A stretch of DNA of 64,000 nt from an uncultured Candidatus Rokubacteria bacterium (lineage in GTDB: Bacteria > Methylomirabilota > Methylomirabilia > Rokubacteriales > CSP1-6): positions 416,001-480,000 of the forward strand of contig CAWBMV010000001.1 of the NCBI GenBank assembly GCA_963789955.1, read 5' to 3'. Shown here piece after piece: positions 38,484 to 49,686 of the stretch. The position numbers and the translations under genes are program-made. Below the pieces are notes generated by a model. The model was not told the DNA's origin and did not search any database. It saw nothing but the letters and a program-made list of their open reading frames with translations. Numbering within the stretch: the stretch's first letter is position 1; each line of letters opens with the position of its first letter.

Positions 38484-40343
38484 TCACGATTCCAGGAAGC
38501 TCCGGAGCTTCTTGGAGCGCGACGGATGACGGAGCTTGCGCAGGGCCTTGGCCTCGATCTGCCGGATGCGCTCCCGCGTCACGGCAAAATCTTGCCCGAC
38601 CTCTTCGAGGGTGTGCTCGCAGCCGTCCGAGAGCCCGAAGCGCAGCCGCAGGACCTTTTCCTCGCGCGGCGTGAGCGTGTTCAGCACCTTGTTGGTCTGC
38701 TCGCGCAGGGACAGGCCGATGATCGACTCGACCGGCGAGACGACCTGCTTGTCCTCGATGAAGTCGCCGAGGTGGCTGTCTTCTTCCTCGCCGATCGGCG
38801 TCTCCAGCGAGATCGGTTCCTGTGCGATCTTCAAGACCTTGCGGACCTTGTCGACCGGCACGTCCATCTTGGTCGCGATCTCTTCCGGGGTCGGCTCGCG
38901 GCCGAGCTCCTGCACGAGCTGGCGGGAGGTCCGGATGAGCTTGTTGATGGTCTCGATCATGTGCACGGGGATACGGATCGTACGCGCCTGGTCGGCGATC
39001 GCTCGGGTGATGGCCTGACGGATCCACCACGTCGCGTACGTCGAGAACTTGTAGCCGCGGCGGTACTCGAACTTGTCGACGGCCTTCATCAGGCCGATAT
39101 TGCCTTCCTGGATCAGGTCGAGGAACTGAAGGCCGCGGTTCGTGTACTTCTTCGCGATCGAGATGACCAATCTGAGGTTGGCCTCGACCATCTCCTTCTT
39201 GGCCTGGGCGGCCTTGACCTGGCCGGCCTTGATGATGGTCATGACGCGCTTGATCTCGTCGGCCTTGGCGTTGGCGCGCCCCTCGGCGACCTTGATCTCC
39301 TGCTGGGCGACCCACACTTGCTGCTGCTTGGGCGAGGGGAACTTCTTGGCGGCCTTCAGATGCAGGTCGCCGACGCCGGCCGCGGCGGCGCCGCCGTTGG
39401 TGGCCGGATCGCGGAACGAGACGTAGATGAGGTTCTGCACCTCGTCGGTCGACGGCCGCCGGCCGTTGGTCCAGAGACGGATCACGCGCTCGGCGCGCTC
39501 GATGTCGTCGAGCAAGTCGCGCAGCCGCTGCACCAGGCCGCGGCGGCCGAGCTCGGAATCCTCGCGATCGATGATCTGGTTGCCGATGTTCAGCGCGCGG
39601 AGCTTCTCGAGCACGCGGGTCTGACGCTGCAGCGCCTGACTCTCGAGCCGCTTCCACGCCGGCTCCTTGGCGCCCTTCTTCGGCTTGCGCCGGGTGGTCG
39701 ACTTGCCCCGGAGCTTGCGGGCCTGGGAGACGAGCTTGTCCCGCTCGCGGAGCAGCCGGTCGACCATCGCGAACGCCGTGATGACCACGCGCGTCAGATC
39801 GGCTTCCTTCTCCTCGGTGAACTCTTCCTCGTTGACGTCGACGACCTCCTTGACGGAGATGTCGTGACGGCGAAGCTGCTCGCGCAGCTCACGGAATCGC
39901 TCGACGGCGAGGTTCGTGCTGAGGATGGCGGATGTGACCTGGTTCTTGCCTTCTTCGATGCGCTTGGCGAGCGCGATCTCGCCCTCGCGCGTGAGGAGCG
40001 CGACGCGCCCCATCTCGCGCAGGTAGAGGCGTACCGGGTCCTCGGTGCGTCCGACCGGGCCCGGCGTGAGGTCGATCGGCTCGGGCGGCCCGTCGTCGTC
40101 GTTCTCCTCGGGCTCTTGCTGCGCCTTCCGCTCACGAATCTCGGAGGGCAGCCGGCCGGCCTTCGCCGAGTCGACGACCTCGATGTCCATCGCCCCGAAC
40201 ATCATCATGATGTCGTCGAGCTGGTCGAGCGAGACGAGGTCGGAGGGGAGGGCGTCATTCACTTCGTCGTAGGTGAGGAAGCCTTTTTGCTTCCCCATCG
40301 AGATCAGCCGGTCGAGCTCCTCCAGCTTTGGTTCTTCGCTCAT
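38484..40343 (-). CDS. rpoD: RNA polymerase primary sigma factor
   Basis: Region 1.1, [43 protein letters not shown]. Confidence 0.98.
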   Translation of the reverse strand: MSEEPKLEELDRLISMGKQKGFLTYDEVNDALPSDLVSLDQLDDIMMMFGAMDIEVVDSAKAGRLPSEIRERKAQQEPEENDDDGPPEPIDLTPGPVGRTEDPVRLYLREMGRVALLTREGEIALAKRIEEGKNQVTSAILSTNLAVERFRELREQLRRHDISVKEVVDVNEEEFTEEKEADLTRVVITAFAMVDRLLRERDKLVSQARKLRGKSTTRRKPKKGAKEPAWKRLESQALQRQTRVLEKLRALNIGNQIIDREDSELGRRGLVQRLRDLLDDIERAERVIRLWTNGRRPSTDEVQNLIYVSFRDPATNGGAAAAGVGDLHLKAAKKFPSPKQQQVWVAQQEIKVAEGRANAKADEIKRVMTIIKAGQVKAAQAKKEMVEANLRLVISIAKKYTNRGLQFLDLIQEGNIGLMKAVDKFEYRRGYKFSTYATWWIRQAITRAIADQARTIRIPVHMIETINKLIRTSRQLVQELGREPTPEEIATKMDVPVDKVRKVLKIAQEPISLETPIGEEEDSHLGDFIEDKQVVSPVESIIGLSLREQTNKVLNTLTPREEKVLRLRFGLSDGCEHTLEEVGQDFAVTRERIRQIEAKALRKLRHPSRSKKLRSFLES

Positions 40344-42208
40344 TCGTCTGAGCTCCTTGGGGACGTCGACGTCCCGTCTTCTAACGACTGGGCGACACCA
40401 CCCGTGATCTCGTACACGACGGCGCTCTCCTTGTGTAAGGTTCTGAGCTCGGCGTGCATCGGCGCCTCGACTCCAGTCTTGGCCTGAGTCTCGGCGATCG
40501 CCTGGCTCATCTCCCGCGCTCGGCGCAGCCGGTGGCTGCGCTCGAGACGTCGTTGGAACTGTCCGATGCTAACCCGAGCGTCAACACTTTCGCGATCTTC
40601 GACGAGCAGGGACGCGAGAACGGACCGGGCTTCGTCGGTCGGCAGGTCGGTCATCAGGCTCTCGGCCGTGGCGTCGGGCCGGAGCCGGAGCGCTTCCACG
40701 ATGGCGCGGAGCGAGGCGTGGCTGACCTCGTCGGACTCGCCGAGCAGCGCCAGGAGCGTCGTCCGGGCCTCCGGGGAGTGAAGCAGGAGCGTCACCAGAT
40801 CTCGCTCGACCGGGTGCGCCGAGATCGGTGCCGGCGGCCGGGACTGCGCCGGTGGCGTCCTCAGGGAGGACTGCAGGCGCTGGGACTCGATCCAGAGCTG
40901 GGTCGGGTCGACCCCGAGCTTGGTCGCGGCCTCGCGCGACAACGCCGCCGCTTCGTCCCCGTCGGCGACCTTCGCCAGGAGCAGCGCCACCCGCGCGAAC
41001 GCCGTGGTCCGCGCCCGCGTCCCGGTGGCTCCGTCGGGGTCGACGAGCGCCCGGTCGAGCGCGTAGGACAGGATGCTGCGGGCCGCTGCGATCCGCTCGT
41101 TGAAGCCCTCGCTGCCGGCCGAGCGGAGGAACGTGTCCGGGTCGTGGCCTGCCGGAAGCAGCGCCACCTTCACCTTGAGCGTCCCGGCGCCCTCGAACGC
41201 CCCGGACCGATTCACCGCCCACGCCATGCCGCGGCCCGTGGGCTCGAGGAGCTCCTCGGCCCGTGCGGCGGCCTTCTGGCCGGCCGCGTCGGCATCGAAG
41301 AACGTGACGACCTCGTCGCAGTAGCGCCGGAGCAGGGCGAGCTGGGCCGGAGTGAACGCGGTGCCGAGCGCCGCCACGGTCCCCGTGAACCCGTACTGGT
41401 GAGCCATGATGCAGTCGACATAGCCCTCGACCAGCAGCGCGCGATTCTGCGACTGGATCGTCGGCCGGGCCAGGTCGGCGGCATAGAGAAGGTTGCCCTT
41501 GGTGTAGAGGGGGGTCTCCGGCGAGTTGAGGTACTTCGGTTGCTCGTCGCCGAACCCGCGGCCGCCGAAGGCGACGACCCGGCCCTGGAGATCGCGAATC
41601 GGGAACAGGAGCCGTCCGCGGAAGCGGTCGTAGGCGCCAGCCCGATTCTCGCGCGCGACCGCCAGACCCGCGGCGATCAGCACGTCCTCGGCGACCTTCT
41701 CTCCCTTCATGAAGGTGAGGAGCGACTCCCAGCCCTCAGGCGCGTAGCCGAGGCCGAAGCGCTTGGCGATCTCGGTGTCGATCCCGCGCTGTTCGAGATA
41801 GGCCCGCGCTCGCTCGCCGGCCGCCTTCCAGAGGGTCTCGACGTAGAAGCGCCCCGCGAGCTCCATCACCCGGATGAGCTCTTCGCGGCCGGAGTCTCCG
41901 CTCGCCGCTCCGCGCTCGTCGGGCAGGGCGATCCCGGTGCTCTTCGCCAGCGCGCGGACCGCTTCGGGGAACGAGAGACGATCCTGACGCATCACGAAGC
42001 CGAAGGCGTCGCCGCCGACCCCGCACCCGAAGCAATGGAAGATTCCCTTCTGGGGATTGACGGTGAAGGACGGTGTCTTCTCGGAATGGAAGGGGCAGAG
42101 GCCCTTCCAGTGGGATCCGGCCTTGCGGAGATTCACCAGGCGGCTGACGAGATCGACGATGTCGACGGCGGCGCGGATGTCGTCGAGCAGCGCCTGTGAG
42201 TACTGCAT
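40340..42208 (-). CDS. dnaG: DNA primase
   Basis: CPFH...CFGC zinc finger, [24 protein letters not shown]. Confidence 0.97.
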   Translation of the reverse strand: MQYSQALLDDIRAAVDIVDLVSRLVNLRKAGSHWKGLCPFHSEKTPSFTVNPQKGIFHCFGCGVGGDAFGFVMRQDRLSFPEAVRALAKSTGIALPDERGAASGDSGREELIRVMELAGRFYVETLWKAAGERARAYLEQRGIDTEIAKRFGLGYAPEGWESLLTFMKGEKVAEDVLIAAGLAVARENRAGAYDRFRGRLLFPIRDLQGRVVAFGGRGFGDEQPKYLNSPETPLYTKGNLLYAADLARPTIQSQNRALLVEGYVDCIMAHQYGFTGTVAALGTAFTPAQLALLRRYCDEVVTFFDADAAGQKAAARAEELLEPTGRGMAWAVNRSGAFEGAGTLKVKVALLPAGHDPDTFLRSAGSEGFNERIAAARSILSYALDRALVDPDGATGTRARTTAFARVALLLAKVADGDEAAALSREAATKLGVDPTQLWIESQRLQSSLRTPPAQSRPPAPISAHPVERDLVTLLLHSPEARTTLLALLGESDEVSHASLRAIVEALRLRPDATAESLMTDLPTDEARSVLASLLVEDRESVDARVSIGQFQRRLERSHRLRRAREMSQAIAETQAKTGVEAPMHAELRTLHKESAVVYEITGGVAQSLEDGTSTSPRSSDE

Positions 42209-42233
42209 CAGCCGATCACCCATGCGGTCGGCA

Positions 42234-44645
42234 TCAGCCGACCTTCAACGCGGCCACGGTCGCGCCAGTTCCGCCTTCGGACGGCTCGCCGTCACGGAAC
42301 GACTCGACCAGGGGATGGCCGGCCAGAAGATCACGGACCGCCTTGCGGAGGGCGCCGCTGCCCTTGCCATGAACCAATCGTACGCTCGCGAGGCCCGCGA
42401 GGAAGGCGTCGTCGAGATATTTCTCGACCCGATCGCGCGCCTCGTCGGTCGTCTGCCCGAGCAACAAGATCTCGCCCGCGACGGATCGATGCGAAGTCTG
42501 GATCGAATCGCCGCCTCGGAACCCCGATCGGCCCGTGCCTCGCACGGCCTCGCCCCGCCCCGGGGTCGCGGAGCTAGCGGCGACGGCACGGAGCACTTGA
42601 AGAGGCACGCGTACGGTCACCGAGCCCGACCGAACCGTGGCCGAGCTGCCGGCGATCTCGACCAGCTCACCGCGAATCCCCAGGTGCTCGGCCGCCACGG
42701 TCGCGCCCGGAGCCAGCGCCACCGGCCGCTCCGCGGGCGCCTCGGGTACGAGCGCCTCCATCCGGCCGGCGACATCGCGCACGCGGCGCCGGCTCTCGTC
42801 GAGCGAGCGGCGCGACCGGTCCGAGCGCTTGAGCTTGTCCCACTCGGCGGTGAGCGCGCGGCGGATCTCGCTGACGAGTGCCGTCGCCTCGGCCCGGGCG
42901 CGGGCGACGATCGCCTGGGCCCGGCTCTCCGCCGCCGCCTCGGTCTGGCGGGCCTTCGCCAGCTGGGCCGCGGCCTCGGTGCGGATACGCTCGATCTCGC
43001 GCGCCCGCTCGGCTTCGGTGCGAGCGTTGGCGTCCAGGGTCGCCAGCAAGTCCGCCAGCCGGGCGGCGTGCTCCGAGCGATGCGCATTCGCGCGGGCGAT
43101 CAGCTCGGCGCCGAGACCGAGACGCGCGGCGATCGTCAGCGCGTAGCTCTGGCCGGGCTGGTCGTAGCGAAGATGGAAGGTCGGCGCCAGGGTGGCGGTG
43201 TCGAACTCGACCGAGGCGTTGCGCGCCCGAGGATGCGTGGACGCGAAGGCCTTGAGCGGCTCGAGGTGCGTCGTCGCGATCACCAGGGCGCCGCGCTCGG
43301 CCAGCTCCTCGAGGATCGCCTGGGCGAGGGCCGCGCCCTCGTCGGGGTCGGTGCCTGCGCCGAGCTCGTCCAGGAGCACGAGCGAGCGCTGGTCGGCGCG
43401 CTCGAGGATCTCACGCGCTTGCTTGACGAACGCCGAGAAGGTCGAGAGGTTCTCGGCCACGGACTGATCGTCGCCGATGATCGCGAACACGTCGTCGAAC
43501 ACGGGCAGGCGCGAGCCTTCGTCGGCCGGCACGTGGCAGCCGACCTGGGCCATGAGCGCCTGGACGGCGAGCGTCTTGAGCGCGATCGTCTTGCCGCCGG
43601 CGTTCGGTCCGGTGATGACGAGCAGCGGGCGCTCGGGGCCGAGCTCGAGGTCCATCGGGACCACGGTGCGGCTCGGGTCCTTCCAGCTCTGAGCGAGCAG
43701 GAGCGGGTGGCGCGCGCCTCGAAGCTCCACGGTCCGTCCGGCATCGATCGCCGGCGCCGTCGCGCCCATGCGCTCGGCGGCCTGGGCTCGCGCGAAGATC
43801 CAGTCGAGCTCGCCGATGGAGCTCACGAGGGCGTCCAGATCGTCGAGCCGCGCGTGGACCGCGGCCGTCAGCTCGGCGAGGATGCGCGCGGTCTCGTGCT
43901 CCTCCTCGCGCGTCGCCTGCACGAGGTCGTTGTTGGCGTCGACCACCTGCTCAGGCTCGATGAAGAGTGTCTGGCCGCTCTGCGAGCGGTCGTGGACGAT
44001 TCCGCGCACGCGGCTCCGCGACTCGGTCCGCACCGGCAGGACGTAGCGGCCGTGTCGAAGCGTGACGTAGTGGTCGGTGAAGAGCCGGTCGGCGTCGCTG
44101 CCCTGGAAGGCGCGCTCGAGCTCGCTGGCGAGATGACGGCGCCGTTCGCGGATCTCACGCCGAAGGCGCTTGAGCGTCGGACTCGCGTCGTCGGTCACGG
44201 CGCCGCTCGCATCGAGGGCGCGGCGGAGCCGGTCGGCGAGCTCGGCGAACCGCGGCAGGGCGTCGGTGATCGTCGCCACCTCGGGGCTCGTCTCACGCAC
44301 GCTTCGGCCGTAGGCGCGGAGCTTGGGGCTCGCGTCGAGGACGGGAACGATCTGAATCATCTCGGAGCCGTCGAGCACGGTGCCCTCGGCGCGGCAGCGC
44401 GCCAGGATCGAGCGGATGTCGGGGAGCGCCTCCAATGGAAGCGAGCCGGTGGTGGCCAGCGCCAGGCGCGCCTGGCGGGTCATCTCGATCGCTGCCTGGA
44501 CTTCGGAGATGTCGGTGAGCGGCTCGGCCGCCGTCGCCCGATCGCGTCCCATCTGGGTTGAAGCTTCGTGAGCCAGGAGCGCTCGCACCGCGTTCCATTC
44601 GGTGCCGGGCTCCCAGATTCGACCTGCCTGCAACCTTCGCCTCAC
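42234..44645 (-). CDS. mutS2: Endonuclease MutS2
   Basis: TGPNAGGKT, LSTFS, DELGAGTDP, TTH, C-terminal Smr (HGKGSG). Confidence 0.95.
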   Translation of the reverse strand: MRRRLQAGRIWEPGTEWNAVRALLAHEASTQMGRDRATAAEPLTDISEVQAAIEMTRQARLALATTGSLPLEALPDIRSILARCRAEGTVLDGSEMIQIVPVLDASPKLRAYGRSVRETSPEVATITDALPRFAELADRLRRALDASGAVTDDASPTLKRLRREIRERRRHLASELERAFQGSDADRLFTDHYVTLRHGRYVLPVRTESRSRVRGIVHDRSQSGQTLFIEPEQVVDANNDLVQATREEEHETARILAELTAAVHARLDDLDALVSSIGELDWIFARAQAAERMGATAPAIDAGRTVELRGARHPLLLAQSWKDPSRTVVPMDLELGPERPLLVITGPNAGGKTIALKTLAVQALMAQVGCHVPADEGSRLPVFDDVFAIIGDDQSVAENLSTFSAFVKQAREILERADQRSLVLLDELGAGTDPDEGAALAQAILEELAERGALVIATTHLEPLKAFASTHPRARNASVEFDTATLAPTFHLRYDQPGQSYALTIAARLGLGAELIARANAHRSEHAARLADLLATLDANARTEAERAREIERIRTEAAAQLAKARQTEAAAESRAQAIVARARAEATALVSEIRRALTAEWDKLKRSDRSRRSLDESRRRVRDVAGRMEALVPEAPAERPVALAPGATVAAEHLGIRGELVEIAGSSATVRSGSVTVRVPLQVLRAVAASSATPGRGEAVRGTGRSGFRGGDSIQTSHRSVAGEILLLGQTTDEARDRVEKYLDDAFLAGLASVRLVHGKGSGALRKAVRDLLAGHPLVESFRDGEPSEGGTGATVAALKVG

Positions 44646-44698
44646 TCGCTCCCGATCCGGGTTCCGGGAGTGCCGGCGTCCATCAGGCGATGTCCCGG

Positions 44699-44893
44699 CT
44701 AATCGGACACCCGTTCGCGCCGCTTGGCCTTCTTGCGGGCGGCGAGGGCCTTGCGCTTGCGCCGAACGCTGGGCTTTTCATAGTGCTGGCGCTTCTTGAA
44801 CTCTGAGAGGAGCCCGGCTTTTTCGCATTGCTTCTTGAAGCGCTTGAGCGCGCTCTCGAAGGACTCGTCGGGCTCGACGATGACCTTGGTCAC
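44699..44893 (-). CDS. rpsU: 30S ribosomal protein S21
   Basis: [12 protein letters not shown]...HYEKPS; GTG start with GGGAG RBS. Confidence 0.96.
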   Translation of the reverse strand: MTKVIVEPDESFESALKRFKKQCEKAGLLSEFKKRQHYEKPSVRRKRKALAARKKAKRRERVSD

Positions 44894-45018
44894 ACGACTC
44901 TCCCTCAGGACGGCTGGACTTATGGATAAACAACAACTATATACCACGCGACCCACCCTCGGGCAATCGAGCGCCGTCCTGTAGACTGGGCCGACTCACG
45001 AGCGACCGAGGAGAGTTC

Positions 45019-46246
45019 TTGCCGCTCTACACCGTCGCCCCCTTCGTCACCATGCTCCTGGCCATCGCCCTCCTTCCGCTCTGGCTCCCGCGCTGGTGGG
45101 AGTCGAACCGCAACAAGCTGATCGTCTCGCTCGGCTTGGGCTTGCCGATCCTCGCCCTCTATGCGGTACGTCAGCCGGAAGCCCTTCTGTCGATGGCCGA
45201 GGAGTACGTGTCGTTCATCGTGCTGCTGGCCGGCCTCTTCGTGATCTCGGGCGGGATCCTGCTGCGCGGGGATCTGGTGGCGACGCCCCTCACCAACACC
45301 GCCTTCCTCGCGCTCGGGTCGGCTGCTGGCCTCGTTCATCGGCACGACCGGGGCCTCGATGCTGCTGATCCGCCCAATCCTCCAGACGAACCGCGAGCGC
45401 ACGCGCGTCCGCCACACGATCGTCTTCTTCATCTTCCTCGTGTCCAACATCGGCGGGATGCTGACGCCGCTCGGCGACCCGCCGCTCTTCCTCGGGTATC
45501 TGCGAGGGGTGCCGTTCGCGTGGACCTTCCGGCTCTGGCCGCACTGGGGGCTCCAGGTGGCCGTGCTGCTCGCGCTGTACTTCGTCTGGGACACTCGCGA
45601 ATACACGCGGGAGCCGATCGCCGCGCTCCGACGGGATCGGGCTCAGATCGAGCCGCTTCGCGTGCAGGGCGCGTTGAACCTGGCGTGGCTCGTGCTCGTC
45701 GTCCTTGCCGTCGCGCTGCTGCACGCACCCTGGCGCGAGGCCGCGATCGTGGCGCTCGCCGCGCTCTCCCTCTGGCGCACGCCCCGCGCGGTGCGTCGCG
45801 CCAACGGTTTCACGGCGTACCCGATCGTCGAAGTCGCCGTGCTGTTCGCGGGGATCTTCCTCACGATGATGCCGGCCCTCGAGATCTTGCGATTGCGCGG
45901 AGGCGAGCTCGGCGTCCGAGCGCCGTGGCACTTCTTCTGGGCGACGGGGATCCTGTCGTCGTTTCTCGACAACGCGCCGACGTACCTGACGTTCCTCGCA
46001 TTGGGGCAGGGGCTCGGCCTGGCGCGCGAGGTCGTGGACGTTCCGCACGCGATCCTGGCGGCGATCGCCGTCGGCTCGGTGTCGATGGGAGCCAACAGCT
46101 ACATCGGCAACGCGCCGAACTTCATGGTGAAGGCGATCGCCGAGGAGCAGGGCGTGAAGATGCCGAGCTTCTTCGGCTACATGCTCTACAGCGGCGCCGT
46201 GCTGCTGCCGCTCTTCGTGCTCGTCACCGCGCTGTTTTTCTGGTAG
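45019..46246 (+). CDS. Putative sodium:proton antiporter (ion transporter superfamily); apparent frameshift near 45322
   Basis: IGTTGASMLLIRP, NIGGMLTPLGDPPLFLG, SSFLDNAPTY, YIGNAPNFMVK across two frames. Confidence 0.82.
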
Positions 46247-46300
46247 TCGAGCGCGCGCCGCTGGTGCGCACCCGAACCTTCGGCTAGACTTCGCCGAAGC

Positions 46301-47290
46301 ATGCAGGTGATCGGGCTCGCGGTTGTGCTCACGCTCGGTCTCTTCGTTGCGCCGCTCCGCGCCGACGCTCAGGAGAGGACCCGGCCCGCTCGGATCGGGT
46401 TCCTGGCGACCAGCGGGAATCTTCCCGAATCGACGCAGGCGTTTCGGCGAGGACTAAACGATCTCGGCTACGTCGAGGGCCGCAACATCGTGACCGAGAT
46501 CCGATCGGCCGAGGGCAAGCCCGAACGGCTCCCCGCGCTCGCCGCCGAGCTGATCGCGCTCAAGGTCGACGTCATCGTGGCCGCGGGTGGCACGAGCGCC
46601 GCGCTCGCCGCCAAGCAGGCGACCAAGACGATCCCCATCGTCTTCCCCGCGGTCGACGATCCGGTGACGAGCGGGCTCGTCGCCAGCCTTGCGCGGCCCG
46701 GCGGCAATCTCACGGGGCTGGCGCTGCTGTCACCGGAGCTCATCGGCAAATGTTTGGAGCAGATCAAAGAGGCCGTTCCGTGGGTGAGTCGCGTCGCCGT
46801 GCTCTGGCAACCGGGTACCGCGCCCGAGCGCGCCGAGAAGGACATATTGCAGGAAGCGGATCTCGCGGCCGGCGCGCTCGGGCTGCGGCTGCCCATCGTG
46901 AGGGCGCGCGGCCCGGAAGACTTCCCCCGGGCGTTCGCGGAGATCAAACGCAGACAGGCGGACGCCCTGACCGTGCTGTCGAGCCCGGTCTTCGTCGGAG
47001 AGCGCCGACGGATCGCGGAGCTGGCGATCAAGAATCGGCTGCCGACGGTCTTCGCGTTCAGATCGTACGTCGACGCCGGGGGTCTCATGTCGTACGGGCC
47101 GAACATTGCCGACTTGTTCCGGCGCGCTGCGACCTACGTGGACAAGATCCTCAAAGGGGCGAAACCCGCCGACCTACCGGTCGAGCAGCCCACGACGTTC
47201 GAGCTGGTCGTCAACCTCAAGACCGCGAAGGCGCTCGGGCTGACGATCCCGTCGTCGATGCTCGGACGGGCGAATCACGTGATCGAGTAG
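46301..47290 (+). CDS. Orphan ABC transporter substrate-binding protein (ABC_sub_bind type)
   Basis: LGYVEGRNI, SLARPGGNLTG, GGLMSYG, DLPVEQPTTFELVVNLKTAKALG. Confidence 0.9.
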   Translation: MQVIGLAVVLTLGLFVAPLRADAQERTRPARIGFLATSGNLPESTQAFRRGLNDLGYVEGRNIVTEIRSAEGKPERLPALAAELIALKVDVIVAAGGTSAALAAKQATKTIPIVFPAVDDPVTSGLVASLARPGGNLTGLALLSPELIGKCLEQIKEAVPWVSRVAVLWQPGTAPERAEKDILQEADLAAGALGLRLPIVRARGPEDFPRAFAEIKRRQADALTVLSSPVFVGERRRIAELAIKNRLPTVFAFRSYVDAGGLMSYGPNIADLFRRAATYVDKILKGAKPADLPVEQPTTFELVVNLKTAKALGLTIPSSMLGRANHVIE

Positions 47291-47293
47291 CGA

Positions 47294-47842
47294 TCAGCCG
47301 AGGAGCGCCAGAACTTTTTCCACCGCTTCGGCGACGGCGGCGTCGACGACCGGCAGCTCGTCGCGCTCGAACGACGTGAGCACGTGGTCCGGGACGTCGC
47401 CCTTGTGGTCCGGGCGCCCCACGCCCACCTTGACCCGCTTGATGTCCTGGGTGCCGAGGGCGTCGATCACCGAGCGGACGCCGTTGTGGCCGCCGTGGCT
47501 CCCCTTCATGCGGACCCGGACGGTCCCGAGGGGCAGGTCGATGTCGTCGTAGACCAGGATCACATCGGCGGGACCGGCCTCCGCGCGGCGAAGCGCCTTC
47601 GCGACGACCGGACCGCTCTCGTTCATGAACGAGAGCGGCTTGATGAGGCGTACTTCTTCGCCGCGCCAGCGTCCGCGCGCCACGATCGTCGCACCGTCGC
47701 GCCGCCACGAGCCGCGGACGGTCTTGGCGAGGACGTCGAGCACGCGCTGGCCCACGTTGTGGCGGGTGTCTCGATACTCCGGGCCCGGGTTGCCCAGCCC
47801 CACGACGACGCGGCCGGTTCCCGGGCCCTCCCCCTGGGCCAC
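47294..47842 (-). CDS. pth: Peptidyl-tRNA hydrolase
   Basis: VGLGNPGPEY..TRHNVG, FMNESG, YDDIDL, GGHNG. Confidence 0.96.
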   Translation of the reverse strand: MAQGEGPGTGRVVVGLGNPGPEYRDTRHNVGQRVLDVLAKTVRGSWRRDGATIVARGRWRGEEVRLIKPLSFMNESGPVVAKALRRAEAGPADVILVYDDIDLPLGTVRVRMKGSHGGHNGVRSVIDALGTQDIKRVKVGVGRPDHKGDVPDHVLTSFERDELPVVDAAVAEAVEKVLALLG

Positions 47843-47857
47843 GCGATGCTCGCTCGG

Positions 47858-48586
47858 TTACTTGTCCTTGTCTGACTTCTCCGCGCGCGCGGGCCGCGAT
47901 GGCTTCTTGCCGTCGTCGGCCGCCGCTTCTTCGCCTTCCTTCGGCTTGCGCTCGGTGAGGACTTCCGGCTCGGTGACCGCTGCCGCGGTCGGCGCCGCCG
48001 CCGCTGCCACTTCCTCCGCCATCGGCGGAGCCACCGTCGCGACCGCCTGACCTGGATCGTTCACGATCCGGACGCCGGCGGGCGCCCGGAGCTCGGCCAC
48101 CGTCAGCACGTCGCCGATCATGAGCGCGCTGACGTCGGCGTCGATCCGCTCGGGAATCGCCGTCGGCAGGCACGCGATGGTCAGCTCGTGGAGCACGAGG
48201 TTCAGGATGCCCTTCTGCTCCTTCACGCCCGCGGCCTCACCGATGGCGCGCACGGCCACCTGCACGGTGATCGCGCGGTCCGCGGCCACTTCCTGCAGAT
48301 CGACGTGCAAGAGCAGATCGGTGACGGGATCGAACTGTAAATCGCGGATGATGGCCATCCGCGTGCCGTTGCCGTTCTCACCGTCGAACCGGAGCGTGAG
48401 CAGCTGAGTCGTGCCTTCGTGGCCGTGGATCATGCGAAGCACCGCTTTGGGATCCACGGTGACCGACTCGGCCTTCTTTCCGTCGTAGAGGACCGCCGGA
48501 ACGGTGCCCTCGCGGCGCAGGCGCTTGGAGAAGGCCTTGCCGCTTCCCTCTCGCCGCTTGATCGTCAGCTCTTGCATCGTGGCCAT
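47858..48586 (-). CDS. rplY: 50S ribosomal protein L25/Ctc
   Basis: RLRREGTVPAVLY, LQFDPV...HVDL, CLPTAIPE; synteny prs-rplY-pth. Confidence 0.95.
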   Translation of the reverse strand: MATMQELTIKRREGSGKAFSKRLRREGTVPAVLYDGKKAESVTVDPKAVLRMIHGHEGTTQLLTLRFDGENGNGTRMAIIRDLQFDPVTDLLLHVDLQEVAADRAITVQVAVRAIGEAAGVKEQKGILNLVLHELTIACLPTAIPERIDADVSALMIGDVLTVAELRAPAGVRIVNDPGQAVATVAPPMAEEVAAAAAPTAAAVTEPEVLTERKPKEGEEAAADDGKKPSRPARAEKSDKDK

Positions 48587-48610
48587 GACTGAAGCTCCTT
48601 GAAAGTCGAG

Positions 48611-49555
48611 TTACGCGAACAGTGTCGAAACGGATTCCTCGTCGTGGATCCGCCGGATCGCCTCGCCCAGGAGCGGCGCGACCGAGAGCACCGTGATGCG
48701 CGCCGCGGCGCGCTTGGTTTCGCTCAGAGGGATCGAGTTCGTGACGACGACCTCTTCGATCGGCGAGGCGCCGATGCGGTCGATCGCCGGCCCCGAGAGC
48801 ACCGCGTGGACGCCGCAGGCCATGATCCGCCGGGCGCCCTCGCGCTCCAGGGCCGTCACGGCTTGCGTGAGAGTGCCGGCGGTGTCGATGATGTCGTCGA
48901 TGACCACCGCGTCGCGCCCTTTGACGTCACCGATGAGGTGCATGGCAACCGCTGAGCCCGGGCCCTCGCGCCGCTTGTCGATGATGGCCAGGCCCGCGTC
49001 GAACCGCTTGGCCATCGCGCGCGCGCGCTCCACGCCGCCCGCGTCGGGCGCGACGATGACCGGATCCTTCAGATCTTTCTTGCGCAGATAGTCGATCATC
49101 ACGACCGGGCCGGCGAAGAGGTGGTCGACCGGAACGCTGAAGAATCCCTGGATCTGCCCGGCGTGCAGATCGAGCGCCAGTACGCGGTTGATCCCCGCCG
49201 CCTCGAGCAGGTCCGCCACGAGCCGCGCGGAGATCGGCACCCGTGACTGAACCTTCCGGTCCTGGCGCGCGTACCCGTAGTAGGGCAGCACCGCGGTGAC
49301 CCGGCGGGCCGACGCGCGCTTCATGGCGTCGACCATGATGAGCAGCTCCATCAGCGTATCGTTCACCGGCGGACACGTGGGCTGGATGACGAACACGTCG
49401 GCGCCCCGCACGTTCTCGTCCACCTGCACGTAGACTTCACCGTCGGAGAACCGGGTGACCTCGGCGTCGGCCATCGGGACGTGGAGATACTGCGCGATCT
49501 CCTCGGCGAGCGGACGGTTCGCGTTGCCGGTCAGGAGCTTCAGCTCATACGCCAT
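48611..49555 (-). CDS. prs: Ribose-phosphate pyrophosphokinase
   Basis: FSDGE, YYGYARQDRK, DLHAGQIQGFF, DDIIDTAGT. Confidence 0.98.
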   Translation of the reverse strand: MAYELKLLTGNANRPLAEEIAQYLHVPMADAEVTRFSDGEVYVQVDENVRGADVFVIQPTCPPVNDTLMELLIMVDAMKRASARRVTAVLPYYGYARQDRKVQSRVPISARLVADLLEAAGINRVLALDLHAGQIQGFFSVPVDHLFAGPVVMIDYLRKKDLKDPVIVAPDAGGVERARAMAKRFDAGLAIIDKRREGPGSAVAMHLIGDVKGRDAVVIDDIIDTAGTLTQAVTALEREGARRIMACGVHAVLSGPAIDRIGASPIEEVVVTNSIPLSETKRAAARITVLSVAPLLGEAIRRIHDEESVSTLFA

Positions 49556-49575
49556 CGGCGCCTCGTCCTATCGTG

Positions 49576-49650
49576 TGGTTGGGGCGGGAGGATTCGAACC
49601 TCCGAATACGGGATCCAAAGTCCCGCGCCTTGCCGCTTGGCCACGCCCCA
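49576..49650 (-). tRNA. tRNA-Gln(TTG)
   Basis: TGGGGCGTGGCCAAGCGGCAAGGCGCGGGACT-TTG-GATCCC...GTTCGAATCC...CCCCAACCA; canonical position between ispE and prs. Confidence 0.96.
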
Positions 49651-49686
49651 TCGTGTGCCCTTCTTCGATGACCAACCACGCCGCCC

